IMG/VR virus record: IMGVR_UViG_3300045988_169928
Coordinates: 1-64,000 of that record
Source of the DNA: a virus
Direction: 5' to 3' (one strand)
DNA length: 64,000 nucleotides
Shown here: positions 16,715 through 26,066 of the stretch, in pieces
Position numbering within the stretch: position 1 is the stretch's first letter
Layout: every line of letters starts with the position of its first letter
Notes under the pieces: generated by a model
Told to the model about the DNA's origin: nothing
The model's database searches: none
The model's input: the letters and a program-made list of their open reading frames with translations, nothing else
Made by a program: the position numbers and the translations under genes

Positions 16715-17077
16715 CTATTCCCAAAGACTAGAACCGTCTGACCAACAAGATTCTGGGTTATACACATCTTTAGTGATTAGGTTACAGAAGTTTAGGGTAT
16801 ATGGAATCTTAACGCCACTTAACTTATTAACTACATAGCCACGGGCAAAACGAGGATAGGTTTCAATAAACGTTACCACGGCGGTTGAGTTTGGGGTCTT
16901 GGCTTTAGAACGATAGATAAAAGCCCGATCACCATTCTGAATATGCTTATCAAACTTATCCCGATATTCTTGGTACACGTCCTCCGTAAAACGAGGCCCC
17001 AACCGTGATTCTGGCTGTGGCTGTTCATATAACTTGAGGTAGGCGAGTAAGTCGTCAACAATTTGATTATTGTTCAT
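16715..17077 (-). CDS. hypothetical protein (120 aa)
   Basis: ORF. Confidence 0.55.
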   Translation of the reverse strand: MNNNQIVDDLLAYLKLYEQPQPESRLGPRFTEDVYQEYRDKFDKHIQNGDRAFIYRSKAKTPNSTAVVTFIETYPRFARGYVVNKLSGVKIPYTLNFCNLITKDVYNPESCWSDGSSLWE

Positions 17078-18326
17078 TTAAGATTTCCCCCACTTCCTTA
17101 GCTAATCGATCAGGTAAGTTACCCTTACTATACTCACTCATAAAGTGCTTATAGTTGTATTCTTGGTACTTAGGTTCTAGCTTCTGTTGTTGGTGGATAT
17201 AGTATTCACGCATTCCTTTAATCATTGGGAACTGTTCTTCATACATAATCAGAGTTGTGTTAAACAACGGCGGATAACATTGTGGGAAAAAGTCCTTAAT
17301 TAGTTGTTGCCATAGTTGATCACGGATTGCTTGGTTCTCTGGTTCCTTGAGCTTCTCCACTAAGTCCATCGTATTCCGACCACCAATTAAGACTTCACCA
17401 TCTTCATTAGTATACTTAACTGATCGACCAGTAGAAATAATTCCAGCGTCTTGGCCCTCTAATACTAAGTTTAATTCGAGATCATAACCCCACTTACCAA
17501 TAATACCAGCCTGAAAGTCGCTTCCCCAGTTTTCACCAACCTTGGACTTAACAACCTTAACTCGAGTAATCTGACCAATTGGCTTGGTATCAGTAGACTT
17601 GGCCTTTAGATTGCCTGACTTCTGCAATGTGATACGAGTTGACAGCAAGTGTTCCCAACCCTTACCACCAACGGTCTTGAGTTGGGCATAGCGTGGGTTT
17701 GGGGCGTTAAAGTCATCACGTGCTTGATTAAGGGCAATTAGCATACCGTTATTAGCAATCAAATTAACTTGAATCTTACGGCCTACCACAGCTAAGGCCC
17801 GGGCTTGTTGTCCAACTAGCTGTTGCCCTAATTCTCCTTCTGCTTGCATGGAAGAATTGGTCATTGCCACGGTGTCCCATACGAACAAAACTACCCGATT
17901 CGGGTCAGCTTCATGAATTTTAGCTAAAGTATCAACAATGCTTCGACCAATTGATTCAACTGATAGTTCTTCCATAGTACCATCTTTAAGTCGTTTTGGC
18001 TTCATAGTTAATACTTGGTTCGGGTCAGCACCCAGTTCCTCTAACCGACTAGCGTCTTGGGTTCCTTCAACGTCATAGTAGATCGTAATTCCGCCCATCT
18101 TTTGAAGGTTCTTAATCATAAGACCCATCAAACTAGACTTACCTGCACTACTCTTACCTGCTACTTCGGAAACCCGACCACTAGCAGGGAAACCACCAAC
18201 CAAGTTGTAATCAAACCGAGGCATTAGCGTTGGCAACCAGTCATTAATTTCACCCATGCTAGTGCTACCATAAGTAACTAGGTTATCATTACCATTGAGT
18301 TGTCCTAAAATATCTTGTACTTCCAT
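17067..18326 (-). CDS. RecA/UvsX-like recombinase
   Basis: GGFPASGRVSEVAGKSSAGKSSL...GGITIYYDVEGTQD...LGADPNQVL aligns with the RecA core and includes a Walker A motif. Confidence 0.7.
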   Translation of the reverse strand: MEVQDILGQLNGNDNLVTYGSTSMGEINDWLPTLMPRFDYNLVGGFPASGRVSEVAGKSSAGKSSLMGLMIKNLQKMGGITIYYDVEGTQDASRLEELGADPNQVLTMKPKRLKDGTMEELSVESIGRSIVDTLAKIHEADPNRVVLFVWDTVAMTNSSMQAEGELGQQLVGQQARALAVVGRKIQVNLIANNGMLIALNQARDDFNAPNPRYAQLKTVGGKGWEHLLSTRITLQKSGNLKAKSTDTKPIGQITRVKVVKSKVGENWGSDFQAGIIGKWGYDLELNLVLEGQDAGIISTGRSVKYTNEDGEVLIGGRNTMDLVEKLKEPENQAIRDQLWQQLIKDFFPQCYPPLFNTTLIMYEEQFPMIKGMREYYIHQQQKLEPKYQEYNYKHFMSEYSKGNLPDRLAKEVGEILNEQ

Positions 18327-18343
18327 TTTTAACCTCCTAGCTA

Positions 18344-18799
18344 TTAGCGAACTAAAGCGCTACCGTTAATCCAAAGGTCTCCACCAACGTTAGCGTCACC
18401 CATAACCTGACTTTGACCAAAAACTTGAGCGTCATCATGAACCTTAGTATTACCACCAACTTGGGCATTATCTAATACTCTAGCATGGTCATAGACACAA
18501 GCATTACCATAAACTTTCGCATTATCTAAAACCTTAGTGTGATCATAGACCCAAGCGTTATCATATACCCGGGCATTATCATAAACCTGTGCATGATCTT
18601 CAATCCTTGCGTCATCACCAACCATTGCATCACCATAGACCCAGGCACTACCATATTGTGATAGGTTATCATAATCTTCAATCCAACCCCCTAGATCGTC
18701 CTTCTTAACATTACTAAAATCTTTTAATGCTTTAATTTGATGAAGGGTATGACCATTTACTACTTTAGTATGATCCGTTAATTCGTATTTATTATCCAT
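18344..18799 (-). CDS. hexapeptide-repeat beta-helix protein, family member 4
   Basis: Same N-terminal domain, followed by about 16 perfect AxVx(D/G)(N/D/H) turns. Confidence 0.65.
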   Translation of the reverse strand: MDNKYELTDHTKVVNGHTLHQIKALKDFSNVKKDDLGGWIEDYDNLSQYGSAWVYGDAMVGDDARIEDHAQVYDNARVYDNAWVYDHTKVLDNAKVYGNACVYDHARVLDNAQVGGNTKVHDDAQVFGQSQVMGDANVGGDLWINGSALVR

Positions 18800-18852
18800 A
18801 ATAAACCCCCCTAATAAAAAAGCCCCCGCCTAAGCGGTAGCCTTCAATTTTG

Positions 18853-20094
18853 TTAAATGTTGTCTAAGAAATCATCAAGTGATTGACTGCTTTCCAGTTG
18901 GCTCCCATCAGACGGTTGACTTGTATTACTAAATGGAAGATCATCATCTGACATTGTAGTTTGATTACCTGCAAAAGGTTGTTCATTAGAAATACTTTCA
19001 GAAGGACGAGGAGGCCATGTGGTAGTTTCATTTCCTACCCCGTCCCTATTTTCTGGATTGTTGCTAAAGTTAGGGGTTTGTGGTGTTGGCGCTTGACCCC
19101 CAAAACTAGGAGCTTGTTGGGTTGGTGCTTGGCTTCCGAAGTTAGGAGCTTGGGGGACACTGTTAGTATTCACACTTGGTTGTGGAGCTGGACTTGGTTG
19201 ACTAGGAGTAAACCCTTGTGCTTGTGGTGCCTGTGTTTGACTACGAGTATCTAAAGTTGTGATCCCTAACTTATTCATCTGTGTGTCTACGCTATCCTTA
19301 ACGTAGTTATATACCTTTTCATAGAAAGTAGGGCTAGTTTCTAACAATGGACGGCGTTCCTGTTTAAGATTAGGAATATACTTGTAGCTACCATCTTGTT
19401 CCTTTTCCAAGTAGTTAAAGGACATTGGAGGTAATGCAATCTGATTCAAAGCATTAGCCGTGCTAGACCAGTGCCGGTCTGAACCTTGGGTAGACTTTAA
19501 TTCAACAGGGAATGTTTGACCCGCACTAATAAATTGGAGTGGGGTGTTAAACAATGGTTGTCCTTGGTTGTTCATATAAGGAACACTTGGCTTGAGTAAC
19601 TCTACTAAGTTACGAAGCATACCATGAGAAATATCGAAAGCGTTGATGACTTCTTGGTTGGTATTGCCATCAATTTCTTCTACATAGGCCCCTTGTTGGT
19701 TAGGCCCAACTCGAACCCCAAGGAAGGTTGAACGTTCTTGCATTTGGAGGCCAAAGCGCCCACTAGCAATCTTAATCGCTTCTTCATTACTACTAGTAGC
19801 CTTCATTTGTGACCGGTTGTAAAAGAACACGTTAGCAATCAACTTCCCTAATACATCATTAGGGTCAGTCCGGTCAAAGATAACTGGAATGCTAGTTGGT
19901 TCTCCTTGACGATTAGTGTAGCTTAACCATGAACGAGTGTATGAAACAAAGGGAAACTCGCCTTCTTCCAAGGGGAGAACACGACCAACGAATGGTGTCT
20001 TACCAATGTTGATTGCCCGGAAATTGTTTTGTTGCTGTTGTTGTGCATTGTGCGTATCACCTAAAATGGCTTCAATCTGTTCTTCAAATGACAT
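18853..20094 (-). CDS. possible ssDNA-binding protein (gp32-like) with a Q/P-rich region and an acidic tail
   Basis: N-terminal PFVGRVLPLEEGEFPF resembles the gp32 core. The low-complexity APTQQAPSFGGQAP tract and the acidic DDDLPF tail are consistent with this. It is a tentative call. Confidence 0.4.
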   Translation of the reverse strand: MSFEEQIEAILGDTHNAQQQQQNNFRAINIGKTPFVGRVLPLEEGEFPFVSYTRSWLSYTNRQGEPTSIPVIFDRTDPNDVLGKLIANVFFYNRSQMKATSSNEEAIKIASGRFGLQMQERSTFLGVRVGPNQQGAYVEEIDGNTNQEVINAFDISHGMLRNLVELLKPSVPYMNNQGQPLFNTPLQFISAGQTFPVELKSTQGSDRHWSSTANALNQIALPPMSFNYLEKEQDGSYKYIPNLKQERRPLLETSPTFYEKVYNYVKDSVDTQMNKLGITTLDTRSQTQAPQAQGFTPSQPSPAPQPSVNTNSVPQAPNFGSQAPTQQAPSFGGQAPTPQTPNFSNNPENRDGVGNETTTWPPRPSESISNEQPFAGNQTTMSDDDLPFSNTSQPSDGSQLESSQSLDDFLDNI

Positions 20095-20136
20095 GATTTA
20101 GATTCCTCCTTTTAATATGTCCTAAGTATACAACAG

Positions 20137-20772
20137 TTACTCGTCTTTTGCAACCTGTAATTGGTATTCAATTTCAACTAGGAATAATAACAAGTAACCC
20201 GCTAAATCAACTAAAGTATCTTGTAATGATTCATTAACCCGTGGGTCTGTACCAAAGGCGAGTGACTTAATTCGGTTGAGCTTATCAATAATACGTACCC
20301 CATAAGACGGTACCATTCCAAACAACTCTACCGTGTCATGAGTAGATGAACCATAGTCATGATTCTTAGCCTTTAGAATCCCAACAAGTGCAGTTAGTTC
20401 TTCCTTAAATTCATCTAGTTCCATTGGTCGTTCATCTAGCAAAAGGTGCATAATTTCCAAGGTGTTAAGGAACATATTCGTGATTAAGGATTCTACATAA
20501 GAAACGTCCTGTGTGTATAAAGTGTCATCTTCACTATACAGTTGACGCATTAGTAGATGAACGTTTTCCCTAGTCTTAATCAGGAAGTAGCTAGTAACTT
20601 CTTCATTATTGAGATCACTAGGCAACTTATGATATAGACGAAGGTACGTCTGATCTGGTGAATAGATTTGAACAAAACTATCCTTCGTTTTGAGATACTG
20701 GGTTGCTACATCTTCAACCCGATTTTCAACCGCTGTTAAATTAGAATCAAAAGTATCATTGTAACTATCCAT
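20137..20772 (-). CDS. hypothetical protein (211 aa)
   Basis: ORF. Confidence 0.55.
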   Translation of the reverse strand: MDSYNDTFDSNLTAVENRVEDVATQYLKTKDSFVQIYSPDQTYLRLYHKLPSDLNNEEVTSYFLIKTRENVHLLMRQLYSEDDTLYTQDVSYVESLITNMFLNTLEIMHLLLDERPMELDEFKEELTALVGILKAKNHDYGSSTHDTVELFGMVPSYGVRIIDKLNRIKSLAFGTDPRVNESLQDTLVDLAGYLLLFLVEIEYQLQVAKDE

Positions 20773-21299
20773 TAGTGTTCCACCTTCCGTTCTGCCCGAT
20801 TATTAGCGCTAAGAGTTTGGTAAAGATTAGACTTCATCTCTAAAGCCTTACATAACCACTTTAGTACCCGAGTTTGATAATCAGCCCGGTTAATCTTTAC
20901 CATTAATTCTTGGTAAGACTTGGTAGTATTAATTGCAGAAGTTAACATAGTTTCTGTTGGCTTCTTACCCCCATTCATCTTCTTTAACCCTTCATTATTT
21001 AAATAGTTAGCATACAAACTCCCTTGCAATGCTTCTAACTGGGTCTTTAAATCAGACGTTTCCAAAGCCTTACGTTCAGCCAACCGGGCTACAATAAAGT
21101 AGTCATTAGCTAGTTTAGAAACATTTAGGTTTTGGTTATCTATATTCAACAATTCTTCGGGGTTTAACGTTACTGTTTCCCCATGTTCATTGATATAGCC
21201 AATTGGTTTCATTGCGTCTTGAATAATCTCATTGTTCATGACTAGAACCCCTTTCCTTTTGTTGACATAATAATACCCCCAACAAGTGGGGGTTGTCAA
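20772..21299 (-). CDS. hypothetical protein (175 aa)
   Basis: ORF. Confidence 0.55.
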   Translation of the reverse strand: MTTPTCWGYYYVNKRKGVLVMNNEIIQDAMKPIGYINEHGETVTLNPEELLNIDNQNLNVSKLANDYFIVARLAERKALETSDLKTQLEALQGSLYANYLNNEGLKKMNGGKKPTETMLTSAINTTKSYQELMVKINRADYQTRVLKWLCKALEMKSNLYQTLSANNRAERKVEH

Positions 21300-21310
21300 T
21301 AGTTTTTTAG

Positions 21311-21919
21311 TTATTTATAGCGTGCAATAATATCTGATCGCAACTGATTCTTTTGTTCTTTGTCATTCATACGAATAAATAACTGTAACTTCCACCTAGC
21401 TAAAATCTCATGGAGGTAATCAAAGACAGCATTAATCAAAGCTACATCTGTTTCATCATCAAAGTTAAGCAAGACCTGATCGGCAATATAACGGGTGTCG
21501 TTTAACTGGAACAACAAATCTCTTAAATTAGTTTTAGAATTAATATGATTGATCTCAATCGCTACCGTTGATACTGCACTAGCGGTTTGCATATTCTGTA
21601 ATTCTTTTTGGGTAAAGTCATGTAACTCGTATACATAATAAGACTTACGATTCGTCCCGACTGCTAAGAATACATGGACTGGAATCACTGTCTTAGTACG
21701 TAGAATTACCCGTTGACCACTTTCATAGATGGCCTTTTGTTGCCTTACATAACTATTAAAATGATCTACTACATAAGTTACCTCATCTTGATTCTTTAGG
21801 GCTTGCTTAATCTTAGCCATGTTTTCTTTATTTAATACAATCGCATTATTTGTATCATAAAAATTGAGGTTCAAAACCCTAAATGTGTTATCAATGTTTA
21901 CTTGTTTTCTTAATCGCAT
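21311..21919 (-). CDS. hypothetical protein (202 aa)
   Basis: ORF. Confidence 0.55.
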   Translation of the reverse strand: MRLRKQVNIDNTFRVLNLNFYDTNNAIVLNKENMAKIKQALKNQDEVTYVVDHFNSYVRQQKAIYESGQRVILRTKTVIPVHVFLAVGTNRKSYYVYELHDFTQKELQNMQTASAVSTVAIEINHINSKTNLRDLLFQLNDTRYIADQVLLNFDDETDVALINAVFDYLHEILARWKLQLFIRMNDKEQKNQLRSDIIARYK

Positions 21920-21921
21920 AG

Positions 21922-22569
21922 TTACTTAATATTATCAACTAAATCATCATAATCAACTTCATGATTAACTGGCTTTAAATTATGGTTTAAAACGTCCCAA
22001 TCTAACTTAGAATAAACCTGCTGAATTTGTTCTGGGTTTACCTGTTCAAATGTAACTAGATTCGTTATTAACATTTGATAGCGGTAGGTGAGTTCTGTAC
22101 GCTTCTGGTAGAAACTCATTACCTTAATCATTACTGGCCCCTTAGTTACTAGATCACTATAAACATTAGCATTATAGGGGAATATTACATAATCGTCCTC
22201 ATGGACTACATGGAAAATTAGAAGGGGGGCAGTAGCACCAACTCCACCTAACCGATTACTGTCAGTAATAACCTGTTCTAAGAAAGATGGAATTTCTCCA
22301 TTGTTATTAAAGATATTAGTTAATCGAACTTTATCATGGTTCTTTAGCTCATAATTAAAAATGCTTAATGGGTGGTCATTAGGAAAGAAAAGATCTCCAA
22401 CAAAGCCAGCCTTGCCTTCTTTTTCAGATTGGTTATATTTGGTCTGGATTCCCCTATATGCGCCACTGCCACCAGTTCGCTGGACGTCAGTTTTAAACGC
22501 CATCGAGAGTTCCTTGGCGATTCGGCGCTCATAGTTTTTTCCTTTTAAAACGCGTCCCTGTCCTTGCAT
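21922..22569 (-). CDS. putative Hjc/RecU-type Holliday junction resolvase (PD-(D/E)xK)
   Basis: KGKNYERRIAKELSMAFKTDVQRTGGSG matches the Hjc N-terminal pattern KG..ERE....L...G...R..GSG. GDLFF...ELK gives the D...E-x-K catalytic motif. Confidence 0.5.
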   Translation of the reverse strand: MQGQGRVLKGKNYERRIAKELSMAFKTDVQRTGGSGAYRGIQTKYNQSEKEGKAGFVGDLFFPNDHPLSIFNYELKNHDKVRLTNIFNNNGEIPSFLEQVITDSNRLGGVGATAPLLIFHVVHEDDYVIFPYNANVYSDLVTKGPVMIKVMSFYQKRTELTYRYQMLITNLVTFEQVNPEQIQQVYSKLDWDVLNHNLKPVNHEVDYDDLVDNIK

Positions 22570-22630
22570 TCTTGTTTCCTTTCATAGTTTACTTCATTAT
22601 AGCAGATTTTATAAAACTTAGACTTTACTA

Positions 22631-23542
22631 TTATTTCAATCCATGCTTAATCAAATACTTCCTAATCTTAGATAAAGTATCTTCTGTATATGGTACAGCA
22701 ATTAGATTATACCCATTGTTTTTAGCATAGTCTAACTTCATCTTATCGTGTTTTTGTTGTTTCTTAAAGGTAGCTTCTCCACCAAAGTAATCAATTGGTT
22801 GGTAGTGCTGAATCCCTTGATACTCAATTAAGATATTCTGATCTGGGATATAGAAATCATAGGATAAAAGCCTATCATCTTTTAGGTCATCAAATGTTTG
22901 CTGGGTTTCATAGTTAAGGTTAAGAGTATCTAGTATCTTATTAATAATAGTTTCACCTTTAGGACTATTACAATAAGGGCAACGGTATCCTTGAATGAAA
23001 TTGGTAGGTAGTACTTCATATACATTCCCACAGGTTTTATGCTTGACTTTTAACTTGGACCTATTGTTAACATAAGTATCTAAGAATACATATTCATCGC
23101 CCACTAAACTGTAAATTTCCTGTTTAAACTCTTTGTCTGTTTTCTTAGTGGTTCCAAAGCAATAAGGACACCGACTACCACTAATAAAATGATAGGGGGT
23201 TACCTCGTAAATGTTTCCACACTGGTTGTGTTTAACTCTTAACTTATTATTAGCACCAACATATGATTCTAAAAATGTATAATCACTACCCACTAGATCA
23301 AAGACCTCTTGCTTAAACTGGGTATTAGTCTTTTTAGCATTCCCACTACAATAAGGACAACAACTGCCTTTAATAAAATTACTTGGTGTAACCTCGTAGA
23401 CATTCCCACAAACGTTGTGTTTTACTCTTATCTTAGTCCTTTTATTAACATAAGTATCTAAAAATACATATTCATTACCTACTAGATCATAGACTTCTTG
23501 TTTAAATTCTTCATCTGTTTTTCTTTTTGTCATAATAACCAC
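22631..23542 (-). CDS. endonuclease with three N-terminal CxxC Zn-ribbon repeats and a C-terminal Vsr/DUF559-like PD-(D/E)xK domain
   Basis: Three repeats of about 65 aa (E/K)FKQEV(Y/F)DLVG.EY.FL..YV....K..VKH..CGN.YEV.P..FI.G..CPYC each end in CPYC. The C-terminus YDFYIPDQNILIEYQGIQHY matches the vDFxx...lvIEvDGxxH pattern of Vsr-like nucleases. Confidence 0.6.
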   Translation of the reverse strand: MVIMTKRKTDEEFKQEVYDLVGNEYVFLDTYVNKRTKIRVKHNVCGNVYEVTPSNFIKGSCCPYCSGNAKKTNTQFKQEVFDLVGSDYTFLESYVGANNKLRVKHNQCGNIYEVTPYHFISGSRCPYCFGTTKKTDKEFKQEIYSLVGDEYVFLDTYVNNRSKLKVKHKTCGNVYEVLPTNFIQGYRCPYCNSPKGETIINKILDTLNLNYETQQTFDDLKDDRLLSYDFYIPDQNILIEYQGIQHYQPIDYFGGEATFKKQQKHDKMKLDYAKNNGYNLIAVPYTEDTLSKIRKYLIKHGLK

Positions 23543-23559
23543 CCCACTAACCTATATAT

Positions 23560-23600
23560 TTATAGTATATGACTACCTTAACTATAAATCAATCTTGGAT
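23560..23600 (-). promoter_or_regulatory. promoter for the Zn-ribbon endonuclease gene (TTGATT-17-TATACT)
   Basis: The minus strand reads ccaagaTTGATTtatagttaaggtagtcaTATACTat. Confidence 0.5.
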
Positions 23601-23645
23601 AATAAAAAAAGATAAAACTAAAGCCCTGCTACTTGCAGGGCCTCG
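23600..23645 (-). terminator. Rho-independent terminator upstream of the endonuclease cassette
   Basis: Perfect stem gccctgc-tactt-gcagggc, followed on the minus strand by tttagttttatcttttttt. Confidence 0.65.
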
Positions 23646-23647
23646 TC

Positions 23648-24346
23648 CTAATAATCTAACAATAACTGTGACTCTGAAACTAGCTTAAAAATCGCACGGG
23701 CCTCTTGGTCATACAGAACCCGATCCCTTGTAAGCTCCAATAAACTATTCAGATATTGTTTGTTATCTTTATAAACTACTCTTAATTGATTAGACCACTC
23801 TCGTAATTTCTTGATTTCGTCTGGATTGTATTCCATATCAGAAAACAGCTTATCTACTAGCTTATCTAGATCAGTTTGGGTTAGTAAATTAGTTAACTTG
23901 CTATAAAAGATGAAATAATTAGTTACCTTACCCTTGACTGCAAAGATTCCTAACTGACCCTTGTCATACTTAACAGCTAAGTAATGGTCTATATTAATGG
24001 ATTCTTTAAATAAAGAGGAATAGTTGTTCTTAATCTCCTCACTCTTTAGAATGAAAGATCGTAATAATGAAGCTAAGTTTTCTTCACTAAAATCATGTGA
24101 TGGTACCAACTTTAAAACTACATGGTCAAAGTTCAATACCATTTCCGTGAAGTCCTTCAATAAATCTTCTTCATCAATTAATAAATCTTCTTTGCTAGTA
24201 TTAGTTAAAACGTCTAAGCCGTATTGGTCAACTAATTGATTAGGGGTAACTGGTGAAATATCCTTACTAGAAACTGCCTTGGCAAATTCATTTAACCCAT
24301 TAGCCTTTAAACAATCCTTAAAAGACTTAATTAATGATACTGGCAT
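23648..24346 (-). CDS. hypothetical protein (232 aa)
   Basis: ORF. Confidence 0.55.
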   Translation of the reverse strand: MPVSLIKSFKDCLKANGLNEFAKAVSSKDISPVTPNQLVDQYGLDVLTNTSKEDLLIDEEDLLKDFTEMVLNFDHVVLKLVPSHDFSEENLASLLRSFILKSEEIKNNYSSLFKESINIDHYLAVKYDKGQLGIFAVKGKVTNYFIFYSKLTNLLTQTDLDKLVDKLFSDMEYNPDEIKKLREWSNQLRVVYKDNKQYLNSLLELTRDRVLYDQEARAIFKLVSESQLLLDY

Positions 24347-24348
24347 TA

Positions 24349-24675
24349 TTACTTATCCTCTTGATCGTCTTGATCGTCTTGATGAATTTGACCATAAATC
24401 TTGTCAACCGTATCTAATACATACTCCTTATCTAAACCTAAGTCGTCCATAAAGATAGTAAAAGCATAGATTGATTCCGTGATCATCTTGGAAATACGTA
24501 ACTTATTAGTGTCCTTTTCGACATCACTCACCTTTTCAGATTCAGGAACGACCCCATAACCATTGGCGGCAATCTGTACATCGGTGTGATCCTTGTCACC
24601 ATCGGTAATAGTAAAGATAATGTTCCGCTTCTTATCTAATTCTGGTAAATCCTTATTCATTATTGTTGTCCTCAC
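24349..24675 (-). CDS. acidic hypothetical protein (108 aa)
   Basis: ORF with a DQDDQEDK tail. Confidence 0.5.
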   Translation of the reverse strand: MRTTIMNKDLPELDKKRNIIFTITDGDKDHTDVQIAANGYGVVPESEKVSDVEKDTNKLRISKMITESIYAFTIFMDDLGLDKEYVLDTVDKIYGQIHQDDQDDQEDK

Positions 24676-25006
24676 TTTTTAATTGGCTTTCCCAAATTTT
24701 TTGGGTAACATCTACCATCTCATTAACTTCTTGTTCAGTCATAATTCCTTTACTAACCATCATGGAACACAGACTAGAAATTAATGAATTGGTGTAACTA
24801 ATTAAACTATCGCTATAATGTTGAGCTTCCGCTAGATATTCTTCTAAAACTTCATAGGCTTCGCCATACTCAACCTTGTCTTTATCATGTTGGCCCACCG
24901 CTTGAGTGACCTTATCATGATCTAGCTTCTCGACTTGATGCTTGATATGCACATAATCAATGAAAGCAACCGCGGAAAGCATTCTCAACGGCGTTTGATT
25001 CGCCAT
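24653..25006 (-). CDS. hypothetical protein (117 aa)
   Basis: ORF. Confidence 0.5.
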   Translation of the reverse strand: MANQTPLRMLSAVAFIDYVHIKHQVEKLDHDKVTQAVGQHDKDKVEYGEAYEVLEEYLAEAQHYSDSLISYTNSLISSLCSMMVSKGIMTEQEVNEMVDVTQKIWESQLKSEDNNNE

Positions 25007-26066
25007 TCTGTCGTCCCCCTAACATATTTAGTACATTAGCAAGATTAACGTCCCTAGCTTGGTCAAGTAATTCTTTTACTTTAACCTTGCCTAAGTCGTT
25101 AGCGTCTTGATCTATACTAGCATTATACACTATCTTTAAAGGCTTGGAAAGACCCTTATTCAAAAGACGCTTATATAGTTGAAATGTTTGTTGCTTAGCG
25201 TCATTATCTAAGAATAAATAGACAGCAGTAGCTCGAGAATTAATAATCATCTCAACCTGTTCATCTGATATATTCTTACCAAAGGTTGCTACTCCTACAT
25301 AATCGCCTTGGGTACAGGTCAAGGCGTTAAACACCCCTTCACAGACCACCATAATATGGTTATCTGTTCGGTTAAGGTTAAAGATAGTATTCTTCTTAGT
25401 GTGTTGGTGGTCATTAACCGCTACCCCGTTAAAAGACTTGATATAGGGGTTTGAATCAATTGACCTAGTATTCCAATAAATAGCCTTCCCATTATGATCA
25501 AAGGTAATAAAGACTACCTGATTATTAATGTAAAAGGACTTGTTCTTAGTTTTCACTAGACCTTTAACTACATAACAGACCTGGTAGTCCACGATTTCCT
25601 GATCGGTCATACCCCGTTTATATAGATACTGGAAGAAGGGTTCAGTAGTTGAGTTGTGTTCCCTTAATAGATAACAGTTAGTCGGTAGAGGAATCATTTC
25701 CATTGGTTTGGGCTTAGCAACTTTCTGTTGGCCTTTGATACGAATAAGTGAACCCAGCAAAGTGCTACCGGGTTGCTTAAAACTTACTTGATGATCTAAA
25801 CCATAATCTTTTAATGCGCTAGTAGCTTCTTGATATGAAATCTTATCTAATTGGGAGATAAAACTAACAATGGAGTTACCTCTAGTTTCACATAGGAAAC
25901 AGATAAACTTACCCTTGGGAGATACATACATCTTTTTACGGTGGTCGTCACAAAAGGGGCAGTTAAAGTTAAGTTGGTTGCCCCCAGATAGATTAAAATC
26001 ATTCAGACCGAGGTAGCCCACCAAAGCCTGCTGATCCTTACTTAATTGACTATTCATAACGATCAC
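24957..26066 (-). CDS. DnaG-like DNA primase (CHC2 zinc finger plus Toprim)
   Basis: Zinc finger CPFCDDHRKKMYVSPKGKFICFLCETRG. Toprim-like VVCEGVFNAL and LFLDNDAKQQ. Confidence 0.75.
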   Translation of the reverse strand: MIVMNSQLSKDQQALVGYLGLNDFNLSGGNQLNFNCPFCDDHRKKMYVSPKGKFICFLCETRGNSIVSFISQLDKISYQEATSALKDYGLDHQVSFKQPGSTLLGSLIRIKGQQKVAKPKPMEMIPLPTNCYLLREHNSTTEPFFQYLYKRGMTDQEIVDYQVCYVVKGLVKTKNKSFYINNQVVFITFDHNGKAIYWNTRSIDSNPYIKSFNGVAVNDHQHTKKNTIFNLNRTDNHIMVVCEGVFNALTCTQGDYVGVATFGKNISDEQVEMIINSRATAVYLFLDNDAKQQTFQLYKRLLNKGLSKPLKIVYNASIDQDANDLGKVKVKELLDQARDVNLANVLNMLGGRQNGESNAVENAFRGCFH

